Positions 30,995 through 41,049 of a stretch of 64,000 nt of DNA are shown piece by piece. The position numbers were made by a program, and so were the translations under genes. Source of the DNA: a virus. Lineage: Duplodnaviria > Caudoviricetes. Under the pieces are notes generated by a model. It did no database searches. It was not told the origin of the DNA and saw nothing but the letters and a program-made list of their open reading frames with translations. Positions within the stretch are counted from its first letter, which is position 1; each line of letters starts with the position of its first letter. Where the stretch lies: the IMG/VR virus record IMGVR_UViG_3300020048_002944; one strand, written 5' to 3'.

Positions 30995-31018
30995 GTAAGT
31001 AGGGAATTCCCTACTTAC
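30995..31018. terminator. perfect 24-bp palindrome at convergent gene ends
   Basis: GTAAGTAGGGAATTCCCTACTTAC. Confidence 0.7.
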
Positions 31019-31538
31019 CATTTCCATCCAGTATATCCCAATATTTTTTTGGGTTCGCACAAAAATCCAATGGATCAACCCAGTGTCTAATACTATTATC
31101 GTATCCAAGATATCCAACAATAGGGTTATGATATAACCATACACCAAAATGAATATGTGGACAATAAGTTTTTCCATTATAGAATGGAATTACTTTTCCT
31201 ATAACTTGACCGGCTTCTACTCGCATCCCTTTTCCAGCTGATTTGTCTATTACTAAATGACCGTATAATAGATGAACAACTTTTCCCTCAAACTCTGAGC
31301 GAATTATTATACAACCACCTGGTCCATCTGGGTTTAATCTACCGAAACCCATTATGTCTTCCGAGCGTATGACGGTACCTGGTAATGTAGCTATTACATC
31401 TGTTCCTACTTCTGCAAAAAGATCTGTACCTAGATGTATTTTGTTTGCTCTCGGTCCCGCAGCTGTAGGTATATATCCGAATTTATATTTCGTATATTCT
31501 GGATACGTGTCGACTACTGGTAATTTAAGTTTTTCCAT
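31011..31538 (-). CDS. M23 family peptidase (peptidoglycan endopeptidase); start reassigned to 31538
   Basis: HLGTD (HxxxD), YGHL and PHIHF (HxH) motifs; AGGAG RBS before MEKLK. Confidence 0.9.
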   Translation of the reverse strand: MEKLKLPVVDTYPEYTKYKFGYIPTAAGPRANKIHLGTDLFAEVGTDVIATLPGTVIRSEDIMGFGRLNPDGPGGCIIIRSEFEGKVVHLLYGHLVIDKSAGKGMRVEAGQVIGKVIPFYNGKTYCPHIHFGVWLYHNPIVGYLGYDNSIRHWVDPLDFCANPKKYWDILDGNGK

Positions 31539-31554
31539 TTTATCTCTCCTTATA

Positions 31555-31593
31555 TATTTTAATGTTTTAACTAAGCTATAGAACATTACATTA
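31555..31593. promoter_or_regulatory. back-to-back late-type promoters AACA-N6-TA
   Basis: AACATTAAAATA (-, 31555-31566) and AACATTACATTA (+, 31582-31593). Confidence 0.65.
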
Positions 31594-31619
31594 AATATGA
31601 ATTTATAGGAGGCTATACT

Positions 31620-32699
31620 GTGATAGTTTTTGAAGACTTAATGTATGGAGAACTAGGACTCACTACTGAAGATTATGATAAGTGTATATTCGAATCTTTT
31701 AATGATTATAAAGATAGTGATTTTTCTTTGGTTGAATTAGAAAATACATATGATTTAATTGTAGGGATACATAATACTAAAGATATTACTACTGAGGGTC
31801 TAGTTGAATCATTACAAGTAATAGGTTCGAAAATACTTAAGGGTATCGTGGCAGCATGGAATTACTTAATTAAGTTTTGTATCGATGCATATGATTTTTT
31901 CGTTAAGCGAGGACTTATAAATAGATGTAAAAAAGCTATTAGTAAGATAAAATCAAATAAGCTCGCAATAACTGAAGACGCGCAATTAGAGATGATTACT
32001 AAGATAGTAAATATATCTAATTCATCAACAATAATGCTACCAGAATATAAAAAAGAAATCTCTCAAATACTAGACGATTTTCATATCTGTACATTAGATA
32101 TTAACGATGCGGTTAGAGACCTAGCAAACGCAGTATACTCTGCAAATGAACACTATAACAATTATTCCGGGGATAGAACAGGCAATGATTACTCCAAGTA
32201 TTTATTTTCTAAAACATTAGAATTAAATAAAACCGTAAATACATACAGCAAATCAGCAATTAAATTTGGACAAATTAATGTTATTAAGTTAACAGATATG
32301 ATGACTAATTCGATCGTTAGAGATGCAATACAAGCAATAAAGAAAGAAATGTATACCAATGACCAAAAGTCCCCAATAGATATCAACGGTGCTAATTTAT
32401 ATATATTGTTGGGAGATATCGATAACTTCGAGAATAATCTCATACAGTATGAAAATATTACACCAAATACAATAAAACAATGCAAGAATATGATAGATAA
32501 TTTATTACAAATAGGTAATAAAATGGTCGAGTCATATTATATGATAGTATATGATAATTTTATTCATAGATCCATATCTAATTTACAACAGTTCATGACA
32601 AGTATGTTTAGTTTACAAACACGAACATTCTGTGATGCAACTATAGTAGTGTCTAGATTGGAGAGATTTTTCAGCGAACAACAAAGGAGCATAGCATGA
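31620..32699 (+). CDS. putative internal head protein, acidic-leader family (divergent)
   Basis: Acidic N-terminus with LTTE/D and ITTE/G, then amphipathic W/F helix. Confidence 0.55.
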   Translation: MIVFEDLMYGELGLTTEDYDKCIFESFNDYKDSDFSLVELENTYDLIVGIHNTKDITTEGLVESLQVIGSKILKGIVAAWNYLIKFCIDAYDFFVKRGLINRCKKAISKIKSNKLAITEDAQLEMITKIVNISNSSTIMLPEYKKEISQILDDFHICTLDINDAVRDLANAVYSANEHYNNYSGDRTGNDYSKYLFSKTLELNKTVNTYSKSAIKFGQINVIKLTDMMTNSIVRDAIQAIKKEMYTNDQKSPIDINGANLYILLGDIDNFENNLIQYENITPNTIKQCKNMIDNLLQIGNKMVESYYMIVYDNFIHRSISNLQQFMTSMFSLQTRTFCDATIVVSRLERFFSEQQRSIA

Positions 32700-33145
32700 T
32701 ATTCGGAAGAGATATTACTAATAATCACAGTAAACCACAACAAGAGATGGCGTTTGAAGACGTTGATCTTAACATGATGAAAGCTATAGTATACAGTACA
32801 CCTGAGATTACAACAGAAGACGTTAAAGGTCTTGTGAACTCTGGTAAATTAAGGGAAGAAGACGGTAAAGAAATAATTACTAAAATGGAAGGGAGTATGT
32901 TTACTCTCGATAAGAACATGAAAAAAGATCTTATACATAAAAAAGCAGTAGTTGTTCTTGCAACCGAAAGTAATGATCCATTAATAACAAAACTACAAGA
33001 AGTATATGCAGAGAAAAATAAAATAATGTCTACATTGGAACAGAAATACGGCATGGAAGCAACAAACAATACCGCCGAGTTACTTAATAAGGTTTCTAAA
33101 GAACCAATTGCAAATAAGATATATAAACTCGGAAGAAAATTTTAA
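32696..33145 (+). CDS. putative virion protein
   Basis: ATGA overlap with upstream stop; ITTE/D and KME/G motifs. Confidence 0.6.
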   Translation: MIFGRDITNNHSKPQQEMAFEDVDLNMMKAIVYSTPEITTEDVKGLVNSGKLREEDGKEIITKMEGSMFTLDKNMKKDLIHKKAVVVLATESNDPLITKLQEVYAEKNKIMSTLEQKYGMEATNNTAELLNKVSKEPIANKIYKLGRKF

Positions 33146-33181
33146 TTGTGTTTATATTTAAATAATAGGAGATATTAAATT

Positions 33182-34150
33182 ATGGATTATAATAACTTTA
33201 CACTAGAAGATGCTCTTAATATTATATCTTATGGAGTTAATGATGTAGAAGATATATCTTATGAAGATGCTTTAAATGATGTTAATGACAATATATTAGA
33301 TTTAGAGAATAGTAATAATGTATTAGACTTATTAACTAGTATGGAAAGTAATGGTATTACTATGGAAGGTTCTATAGGTGATTGGTTTAAGAAAGCCTGG
33401 GAAGCAATTGTTAACTGGGCTAAAGAGTTCGCTACGAAAGTACAGATATTCTTCCAAACTAAATCAATCAAAGAAACAGCTGAGAAATATAAAAAAATTA
33501 AACCTATGTTAGGTAATATATTACATGGTAATTCACCATCTGACGAATTCGACATAGAAGTATCTACTTACAAATACACTAAGGATTGTGAAAAATATTT
33601 GCGTGGTCTTACTAAGATTCGTAAAATACATATCCCAACTGCAGCTAATACAGGACCAGCAACATTTAAAAAAGCTGTATCTATTAGTGACATCTATAAG
33701 ATATTAGGGGATACTTTTATTACAGAGGTAGATTTAAATAATATGATAGAAGCAGCTAATATAGGACCAGCAACATTTAAAGTAACTTATAAAAAATATT
33801 TAACAGATTTACAAAATAATATGCTATCAGAAGATACTAAATCTTCTAAAAAATTAAGTGAACTAAATCTAAATATATCGGTATTCGATATCGTAATGGA
33901 TACATCATCATATAAGAATATATCAGAATCGATCAAATTAACAAGCGGTATAATGAAGGGTTTTAAATTCATGAATTCCTCACCAGCCGATATGGATGAA
34001 TCAAGACAAAATGCTAAAAATGTAATAATAGCTTTCAGGTTAGCAAATGATTTAAATGCATTTGTAATGAAAGCGTTCGTAAAAATATATAGAGATCTTG
34101 CTCCTATAGTAAACAGAATTCACGCAATGCGCGAACCCAAATCAACATAA
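33182..34150 (+). CDS. putative internal head protein, acidic-leader paralog family
   Basis: Leader nearly identical to that of 24870..25844; ITME/G then WFKKAWEAIVNW. Confidence 0.65.
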   Translation: MDYNNFTLEDALNIISYGVNDVEDISYEDALNDVNDNILDLENSNNVLDLLTSMESNGITMEGSIGDWFKKAWEAIVNWAKEFATKVQIFFQTKSIKETAEKYKKIKPMLGNILHGNSPSDEFDIEVSTYKYTKDCEKYLRGLTKIRKIHIPTAANTGPATFKKAVSISDIYKILGDTFITEVDLNNMIEAANIGPATFKVTYKKYLTDLQNNMLSEDTKSSKKLSELNLNISVFDIVMDTSSYKNISESIKLTSGIMKGFKFMNSSPADMDESRQNAKNVIIAFRLANDLNAFVMKAFVKIYRDLAPIVNRIHAMREPKST

Positions 34151-34160
34151 GGAAGAATTC

Positions 34161-35171
34161 ATGAATTATACTAATTTTACATTAGAATCAGTATTATCAA
34201 ATCTCGATGTTAGCGATGTTACGTCCGAATCAAATATTGAATGCGATGATTCTTTTTCGGAATTATTAAATGATATAAATGATGATATATTAGCATCTGA
34301 AAGTCAAACATCTGCAATATCTCTAGCATTACGAATAACAAATTGTGGACCAACAATGGAAGATTTAAATAATAACCCATCATTAGTTGGAACTCTTTCT
34401 ACAGTATGGACTAGTATAAGGAAATTCTTTTTAACATTATGGGAAGCTATAAATGCATTTATAGGTCGAATCATTATGTTTATTAGAAAAGAAAACATGA
34501 GAGCACAACAGAACATATATCACACATATGGAAGAAAAAATATACTTAATCTAATAAACGGCACATCAATTAATGCAGATGAAATGAAAATTACATCATA
34601 TCCATACACAACATCAACAGCAAAATATTTAAGTCTGTTGTTAGAGATAGGTTCTCGTTTTGAAGCTAAGACATCAGTTAATGAAACAAATATTGTCGAA
34701 ATATCAGATGAATTAATTAAAGAATTTGCGATAACTGTAACAGGTGAATCACATGTTAATAGAATTGGTGTTAATCGAATATTTGAAGAAAGAATATACA
34801 CTAGTATTTTTGGTAGTAATTTACCGCAAAAAACTTTACAGTCTACAAGGGAAGTCGCTACGAGAATTGGTATATCTGGATTTGATGTGATATATAATTA
34901 TGGTAAATGGGATAACTTTGCAGACAATCTTAAAAAACTGAGTTCTATATTTAGATTAATTAATGTATATATAGACGGAGTAAAAGATATAATAAAAGAC
35001 CCAGAAACAGATCATTCTGCTACGATTATTGAAAAAATGCGTGATGTAATAACAAAGGTGCAATTAGCCAGAGTAGTAAGTCAACGAACATTTATTTGGT
35101 TGTGGAAAATCTATTCTGATACTAAAAATATTATGAGTTCTGTTAACGCACTTAATGGCGGTAAACAATAA
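34161..35171 (+). CDS. putative internal head protein, acidic-leader paralog family
   Basis: MNYTNFTLESVL...PTME/D then VWTSIRKFFLTLWEAI. Confidence 0.6.
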   Translation: MNYTNFTLESVLSNLDVSDVTSESNIECDDSFSELLNDINDDILASESQTSAISLALRITNCGPTMEDLNNNPSLVGTLSTVWTSIRKFFLTLWEAINAFIGRIIMFIRKENMRAQQNIYHTYGRKNILNLINGTSINADEMKITSYPYTTSTAKYLSLLLEIGSRFEAKTSVNETNIVEISDELIKEFAITVTGESHVNRIGVNRIFEERIYTSIFGSNLPQKTLQSTREVATRIGISGFDVIYNYGKWDNFADNLKKLSSIFRLINVYIDGVKDIIKDPETDHSATIIEKMRDVITKVQLARVVSQRTFIWLWKIYSDTKNIMSSVNALNGGKQ

Positions 35172-35180
35172 ATAACAAAG

Positions 35181-35212
35181 GTTACAGGAATAATTCCTGT
35201 AACTCTTTTTTT
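35181..35212 (+). terminator. intrinsic terminator
   Basis: GTTACAGGAA-taa-TTCCTGTAAC + T tract. Confidence 0.85.
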
Positions 35213-35232
35213 ATAGTATATGTAGGTATATT

Positions 35233-35247
35233 AAATATATATTATAT
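35233..35247 (+). promoter_or_regulatory. early-type promoter motif
   Basis: AAATATATATTATAT. Confidence 0.65.
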
Positions 35248-35271
35248 TAATAGATAAATAAGGAGGATATT

Positions 35272-35517
35272 ATGAAAATTTTCAATCCGAGTTACGACCT
35301 GAAATCACCAGCGGCGAGTCTTAGATTGGCTCAAAGCTGGGTCAAGGTTGGAGGGAAAGATACAGATGTGGCTTTAATGATATTAAAAAAGTTTTGTGAA
35401 GAAAACGGTTTTGATTTCGAAGCCGTTGAAAACTGTCTCACTGCATTAGGGTGGGGTGGGAAGTATGAGTGGGAACGAGCCCTTGAAAAACTCGTAACTA
35501 CTGAAGGGGTGGCTTAA
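35272..35517 (+). CDS. small early hypothetical protein
   Basis: AAGGAGG RBS; own promoter and terminator (35504-35532). Confidence 0.8.
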   Translation: MKIFNPSYDLKSPAASLRLAQSWVKVGGKDTDVALMILKKFCEENGFDFEAVENCLTALGWGGKYEWERALEKLVTTEGVA

Positions 35518-35551
35518 GCCCCTCTTTTTTTTACCATTTTAAACTTTCTAT

Positions 35552-35563
35552 AACATATTTATA
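35552..35563 (+). promoter_or_regulatory. late-type promoter AACA-N6-TA
   Basis: AACATATTTATA. Confidence 0.6.
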
Positions 35564-35594
35564 TAACAATGGTTATTTTATTTAGGAGATATCT

Positions 35595-37676
35595 ATGAAA
35601 AAGCTAAACGAAAATCTATTTATACAGAAATGGGAAGATTCAATGCTATCCAAGTTAAAAAATATATATCCTAATACAGATGTAAATATTTTACATAAAT
35701 TATTAAGAGATGAAGTAGTGAAAAATATAAAGAATCCAAGAGTTGTCATAAAGAATACTTATGTGAGGAAAGAATCTCAAACTAACTTACTAAGTATAGT
35801 GGATTTTTTATTAAGAGAAAAGCCAATCATTTGTGCTAACGGTAGTTTCTACCGAAGACAAGACCAAGATATGGCGCCGACAACAAAGATGATATCATTT
35901 CAGATGGATAATAGAAAAGCTATTAAACACGAAATGTTTAAATATATTAAAGAAGGTAATATCGAAATGGCAGATAATAAAAACCTAGCGCAAAATAATG
36001 AAAAGATTAAAACAAATTCATCATATGGTGCAATGGGGTGTCCTTCTTCTTTTACATATAATGTATCTACTGCCGGAGCAATAACCGGTCAAGGTAGAAG
36101 TATAATATCCACAACTATGTGGTGTACAGAATACTTCATTGCAAATAATATCAAGTTTGATAATTTTGATGACTTGTTAGTATATGTAACTAACATAGTA
36201 CAGGAAAATAACAATGAAAATATGAGAGACATAATAACTTATATACCAGAAGATATAAAATTAATTAAATATCTTATGAGTAAACTAACATATAAAAGTA
36301 CTAATCCTCGATTACATGCTGCAACTATATTAAAAATATTAAAGAAATGTGATCCAATAACAAAGGCTAAATTATATTATAAAAATAATATACTGGAATT
36401 TGTTAGACAGAATACACCTATTAGAAATCTAATATCGAATATGTTAGATTTGCCAGGAGTTGAATTTTGTAACCCTTACGAGATACCAGAAACATATGTT
36501 CCAGGTATGACAGAATTTACAAACCTACTGTTAGAGTACGTATATTACCCGCATATTGTATATGACAAAGTGCATAAATACAAGCACTATCATCGTAAGG
36601 CGGTAATAGGTAGTGATACTGACTCGGTCTTCATTAATCTCGGCCCGTGGACATTCAGTATAGCTGATATACACATGCAAACATCCAATGTAGTCAAGAA
36701 TGTATTAAACGATAATCAATATGCATTCAAGATAGTTAATATTATTACAAATATCTTACAAATAATAATTCATAATTATTATAAAATATTATGTACTAAT
36801 GTAAACATGCTCCCAGAATATCATAAGAGAATATCTATTAAGTCAGAATACTTGTTTGATAAGTTTATTCTTTTTGCTAGTACTAAAAAGAATTATATAT
36901 TTAGAAAACTATTAAAAGAAGGTGAATTATTAGACCCTCCTGAGTTTGGAACTACTGGCGGTAATTTAAATAGCAAGAGTAAGAATAAACAAGTATCCAA
37001 AAGAATACAAACTATTCTACAAGAGTGCTTAATAACACCAGATAAAGTAGAACCAGTTCAATTATTAGGTGAGATATTTAGATTAAAAAATGATATTATT
37101 GAATCGTTAAAAAGAGGTGAGATAACATATCTAGAACCTTCTAAAATCAAATCACACCTAGAGTATAAACCAGAAGTGCAAACATTGGCTAATGTGGGAG
37201 AGGGATTTAATGTAACTGCAAAGGTTGGGGAATTATTGGAATATGAGAGAAATAGTAAGAACGAGGTAGTATTTAATAGAGCACCTCTTAAAATAAAAAA
37301 GTTTAGGGGTTATCTAACATACATTATTGCTACTGGCGATATGGTATTTTCGCCACCAGCCCCTACTAATATAGTAGACCTTATTGAATTAACTAAGGTT
37401 GAACAATTGGACTTAATAAAGGATTCCCATCCAGGTATATATAATAATTTAGTTAATGGTTTCTTTGGTGATTCGTTGCTAAAGACGTATGGTATTTCCA
37501 CTATGTCTTTACCAGTGGCACTAGATAGAATACCTGAGTGGTTGGCTCCTTATATAGATTATGAAGGTATAGCCAGAAAACATATATCTCCACTCATAAC
37601 TCTATTACCATCAGTCGGTATTCATATTGATAATATACGACAAAATAATTATTATAGCACTGTATTAAATGTGTAG
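35595..37676 (+). CDS. divergent family B DNA polymerase (phiKZ/AR9-type polymerase-domain subunit)
   Basis: Motif B (R...K...Q...KIKTNSSYG) and motif C (GSDTDSVF), KSE, KKNY; no exonuclease or motif A recognisable. Confidence 0.85.
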   Translation: MKKLNENLFIQKWEDSMLSKLKNIYPNTDVNILHKLLRDEVVKNIKNPRVVIKNTYVRKESQTNLLSIVDFLLREKPIICANGSFYRRQDQDMAPTTKMISFQMDNRKAIKHEMFKYIKEGNIEMADNKNLAQNNEKIKTNSSYGAMGCPSSFTYNVSTAGAITGQGRSIISTTMWCTEYFIANNIKFDNFDDLLVYVTNIVQENNNENMRDIITYIPEDIKLIKYLMSKLTYKSTNPRLHAATILKILKKCDPITKAKLYYKNNILEFVRQNTPIRNLISNMLDLPGVEFCNPYEIPETYVPGMTEFTNLLLEYVYYPHIVYDKVHKYKHYHRKAVIGSDTDSVFINLGPWTFSIADIHMQTSNVVKNVLNDNQYAFKIVNIITNILQIIIHNYYKILCTNVNMLPEYHKRISIKSEYLFDKFILFASTKKNYIFRKLLKEGELLDPPEFGTTGGNLNSKSKNKQVSKRIQTILQECLITPDKVEPVQLLGEIFRLKNDIIESLKRGEITYLEPSKIKSHLEYKPEVQTLANVGEGFNVTAKVGELLEYERNSKNEVVFNRAPLKIKKFRGYLTYIIATGDMVFSPPAPTNIVDLIELTKVEQLDLIKDSHPGIYNNLVNGFFGDSLLKTYGISTMSLPVALDRIPEWLAPYIDYEGIARKHISPLITLLPSVGIHIDNIRQNNYYSTVLNV

Positions 37677-37692
37677 TTAATAAGGAGTATAT

Positions 37693-38007
37693 ATGATTAA
37701 GAAGATTATTTTGTTATTAAAAGAAGGGTATAATCCATACCCTTTTTATTGGTTTGATTTATTAACGGAAAGACATTTAAAATATCGCAAAGGCGAATGT
37801 GTTGATTGCTTTGATTGTTGTAAATATGACGAATTCGCATGTTGTGAGCACGTAGAAATAAACCAAAAACGATGTAAAATATATAATAACCGCAACTGTG
37901 ATCAATGGTTTCCCATCAGCCCGAAAGAATTAGAATTCATGAAAAGTTGGAAACCATGGATGAACTGTAAATACTCATTCGATTACAAAAATAAAAAACC
38001 AAGATAA
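37693..38007 (+). CDS. YkgJ-like CxxCxxCC metal-binding protein
   Basis: CVDCFDCC...C...CKIYNNR..C..FP. Confidence 0.75.
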   Translation: MIKKIILLLKEGYNPYPFYWFDLLTERHLKYRKGECVDCFDCCKYDEFACCEHVEINQKRCKIYNNRNCDQWFPISPKELEFMKSWKPWMNCKYSFDYKNKKPR

Positions 38008-38020
38008 ATATATATTATGT
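38006..38020 (+). promoter_or_regulatory. early-type promoter motif
   Basis: AAATATATATTATGT. Confidence 0.6.
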
Positions 38021-38035
38021 TAATAAGGAGTATAT

Positions 38036-39277
38036 ATGATTGAGGTAATTAATACGTTTATAACACAAGTCCAAAGCAATGCTTTGCTTGGAGGATTTGT
38101 TGTAATTTGGTTAACAACTGTTGCGGGTGTTCTTCTCAGAGAAATACCAATAAAAATTATTAATTTTATTAAGCATCACACTACAGTTACAGTATATGTA
38201 TATAGTACGCATGTTGTATTTCATAAGCTTATGGAACATTTAGACAAAGTCGGTATATCCGGGAAGTTCAGAAATATAAAGCTACGCTCTGGACGATGGG
38301 GCGTAGGTGACGATACTACTAAAGGGTTAGGATATGGGTCACAGTTACTCTGGTATAATAAAAAACCAATTTGGATATCATTGAAAAATGATGATAAATC
38401 AAGTGGAGAGATGGAAAAGGATGCTTTATCATTAACTGTTATAGGGAGGTCTCATAAATTTATAGATACATTTATTATAGATGTAACAAAAAAAGATTAT
38501 GTATATAGAGAGAATTTCCTTGATATAACTATGAGAACCGGAGATAATTCATACGAATGTATAAAGTATCAAGCTAAACGAAAACTTGATACCGTGTATA
38601 TACCGGAAGCAAATAAGAAAAAAATAACAGATACTATAACTAATTTTCGTAACAATGAACAATGGTATATTGATCATGGTATTCCGTATAGATTGGGTAT
38701 TATGTTTTATGGCCCACCTGGAACTGGTAAAACATCGTTAGCTAAAGCGATAGCTTCACATTATAACCACGATATTGCTATTGTTCCTTCGTCTAAAATA
38801 GACGGTGATTTATTAGGATTCCTAATGAATGTGGATAAAGATAGTTTAGTAGTAATAGAAGATATCGACAGATCAGCAGCAGTTAAAAATAATGATAAAT
38901 CAGACAAGAATAAAAATTCACAACAAAATCCCTTATCTGATACTATTAGTGCTATATCACAGAGTAATTTTGGGGATATTTTAAATGCTATCGATGGGCT
39001 CGTTTCTACACATGGTCGAATTCTAATCATGACGGCTAATAACATAGATAAAATAGATCCAGCGTTATTGAGACCTGGTCGAATAGATCTATGTTTAGAG
39101 ATTGGATATTGTTGTTATGAATCCTTTGATGCGTGTATGCGCGCATTCTTCGGACCAGAATATAAAGGATCAGATACCCGTACGGAATTAAACGGTGAGT
39201 TTACAAACGCACAGTTACAAAATGATATTCTGTTAGGATTATCTGCGCAAGAAATTATGAACTTGCGATTAAAATAA
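38036..39277 (+). CDS. BCS1-like membrane-anchored AAA+ ATPase
   Basis: N-terminal TM helix; WY..HGIPYRLG..FYGPPGTGKTS; IEDID; LNAIDG; DPALLRPGRID. Confidence 0.9.
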   Translation: MIEVINTFITQVQSNALLGGFVVIWLTTVAGVLLREIPIKIINFIKHHTTVTVYVYSTHVVFHKLMEHLDKVGISGKFRNIKLRSGRWGVGDDTTKGLGYGSQLLWYNKKPIWISLKNDDKSSGEMEKDALSLTVIGRSHKFIDTFIIDVTKKDYVYRENFLDITMRTGDNSYECIKYQAKRKLDTVYIPEANKKKITDTITNFRNNEQWYIDHGIPYRLGIMFYGPPGTGKTSLAKAIASHYNHDIAIVPSSKIDGDLLGFLMNVDKDSLVVIEDIDRSAAVKNNDKSDKNKNSQQNPLSDTISAISQSNFGDILNAIDGLVSTHGRILIMTANNIDKIDPALLRPGRIDLCLEIGYCCYESFDACMRAFFGPEYKGSDTRTELNGEFTNAQLQNDILLGLSAQEIMNLRLK

Positions 39278-39309
39278 AAATATCCGGAATTTATTTCCGG
39301 TATTTTTTT
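39276..39309 (+). terminator. intrinsic terminator
   Basis: CCGGAA-tttat-TTCCGG + T tract. Confidence 0.7.
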
Positions 39310-39391
39310 AATGTGTTATAACAGTTATTGTAAGTCTTATCGCTGGTAAATTCCCACCAAACCGATAAAAATAAGTATTTAAAAGTACAAG

Positions 39392-39403
39392 AACATCTTA
39401 ATG
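39392..39403 (+). promoter_or_regulatory. late-type promoter AACA-N6-TG
   Basis: AACATCTTAATG. Confidence 0.55.
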
Positions 39404-39423
39404 ATTCAAATTCAAGGAGAAAT

Positions 39424-40209
39424 ATGATGAACAATACAGACTCAGGTAATCAACCAACTAAAAAGGCATCAGTGTCACAACAACTGCCATATATTTACAG
39501 TGGAAACAAAGCATTAGGCATGTCATTTTGGAAGAATAACATTATTCTTTCTATTGCTAAACAAGGTGACAATAATGGTAAACAAGTTTTTGACTATGAT
39601 AATGGAGAAAAGGTAATTCTCGATTTTCAAGACATGATATTAATTTATAACATATGTGTAAATCTAATGTCTGCATACGTAGCAAAACAAAAAAAGATAT
39701 CATCAGATATAAGTTCAATAACATACGGCACTATGCCAATTGTTAATAAGTTCGAAAATAAAACTTACGGTTTAATAACAATTGGTTATTATACTGATAA
39801 TAACACAAGAGCAGATGTATTCTATTTAAAGTTAGAATACCAAGAAAAAACCGGTGCACAGAAAACAGGAATGTATACATTCTATACAAATCTTAAGCCT
39901 ATAACATATTTTAATAGCAGTGATGCAGAAGTATTCTCATCTGTACCTAAGCTATTAGGCTTCTCAGAATTTGTCAGAACTATTAAAAGTATACTTGAAT
40001 TTGGTAAACTTATGTTTAGCAATACACAGAAGACTGCTGAACTTATGTTTGCTGGTAAAAAGGCTGAAGGTGGTGGTAACAATTATTCTGGTGGTAAGAA
40101 GTATAATAATTATAACAATAATAATAAATATAACAACCAATCTTCAGGTCAATCATCCGGCGGTACACCTGCAAGTGGATACGGGGACGATGACGATATT
40201 CCATTTTAA
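39424..40209 (+). CDS. putative single-stranded DNA-binding protein
   Basis: G/N-rich linker and C-terminal DDDDIPF, matching the bacterial SSB tail. Confidence 0.65.
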   Translation: MMNNTDSGNQPTKKASVSQQLPYIYSGNKALGMSFWKNNIILSIAKQGDNNGKQVFDYDNGEKVILDFQDMILIYNICVNLMSAYVAKQKKISSDISSITYGTMPIVNKFENKTYGLITIGYYTDNNTRADVFYLKLEYQEKTGAQKTGMYTFYTNLKPITYFNSSDAEVFSSVPKLLGFSEFVRTIKSILEFGKLMFSNTQKTAELMFAGKKAEGGGNNYSGGKKYNNYNNNNKYNNQSSGQSSGGTPASGYGDDDDIPF

Positions 40210-40219
40210 AAGGTAGCAT

Positions 40220-40987
40220 ATGGAAACAGGGAAAATCGATATTAATAAATTAATCCCATCGGATCTTTTAGAAAAACCCAATGTTCATATACGATATGAT
40301 GAAATGATTCAATCGTTTGATTTTGGTTTAATCTATATGATTTCGGTTTTCTATAGCGATAAGAGATTACCATTTAGATTCATAGATGATATTATTTTAA
40401 AAAATATTACTTATGAATCTATTAAATCTCGAAAGATATATGATATTTGGGAATGGTTATTGAAATTGCATCAGGATACAAATGTAAAGACACAATACAT
40501 TGAAGATGTATTACATGAATGTAAAACCACAATGAACAAGATACTTCAAAATGATGATTATTTAATATCTTGCTCACCTAAGTTAATATTATATAAAATA
40601 TTGGCGGAATTACAATTGACTGATACTATTAGGAGTATTAACTTTTATATAGATGACAAGTTCCTAATCAATGGGAACACTGATCCGATAATGGATATGT
40701 TGTTAGAAATATATTCCCCAACTAAGATTTGTCCTGTTGGTGTTGATGTTTATTCTGGAGATTTTGTCAAGCATGTAAAGGCATATACAGAAAAAGATCC
40801 TGTAATAATTATAGGGTCTTATGATTATCGAGATGTAGTTAAATTATTAGAATATGAAAAAATAAATATATTATATCCAGATAATTTTATTACTACTATG
40901 GGAAGAGAATCTAGAATAAGAGATATCTCACTAGTAGCTGCCGATATACAGTTTATTAAGTACGAGAATACAATAATTGCACGTTAA
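40220..40987 (+). CDS. hypothetical protein
   Basis: 255-aa ORF co-oriented with SSB-like gene; terminator 40991-41022. Confidence 0.75.
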   Translation: METGKIDINKLIPSDLLEKPNVHIRYDEMIQSFDFGLIYMISVFYSDKRLPFRFIDDIILKNITYESIKSRKIYDIWEWLLKLHQDTNVKTQYIEDVLHECKTTMNKILQNDDYLISCSPKLILYKILAELQLTDTIRSINFYIDDKFLINGNTDPIMDMLLEIYSPTKICPVGVDVYSGDFVKHVKAYTEKDPVIIIGSYDYRDVVKLLEYEKINILYPDNFITTMGRESRIRDISLVAADIQFIKYENTIIAR

Positions 40988-41023
40988 AGTTATAGGGTTA
41001 ATCACCCTATAGCCTTTTTTTTG

Positions 41024-41035
41024 AACAACTTATTA
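41024..41035 (+). promoter_or_regulatory. late-type promoter AACA-N6-TA
   Basis: AACAACTTATTA. Confidence 0.65.
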
Positions 41036-41049
41036 TAGGAGGTTTTAAT

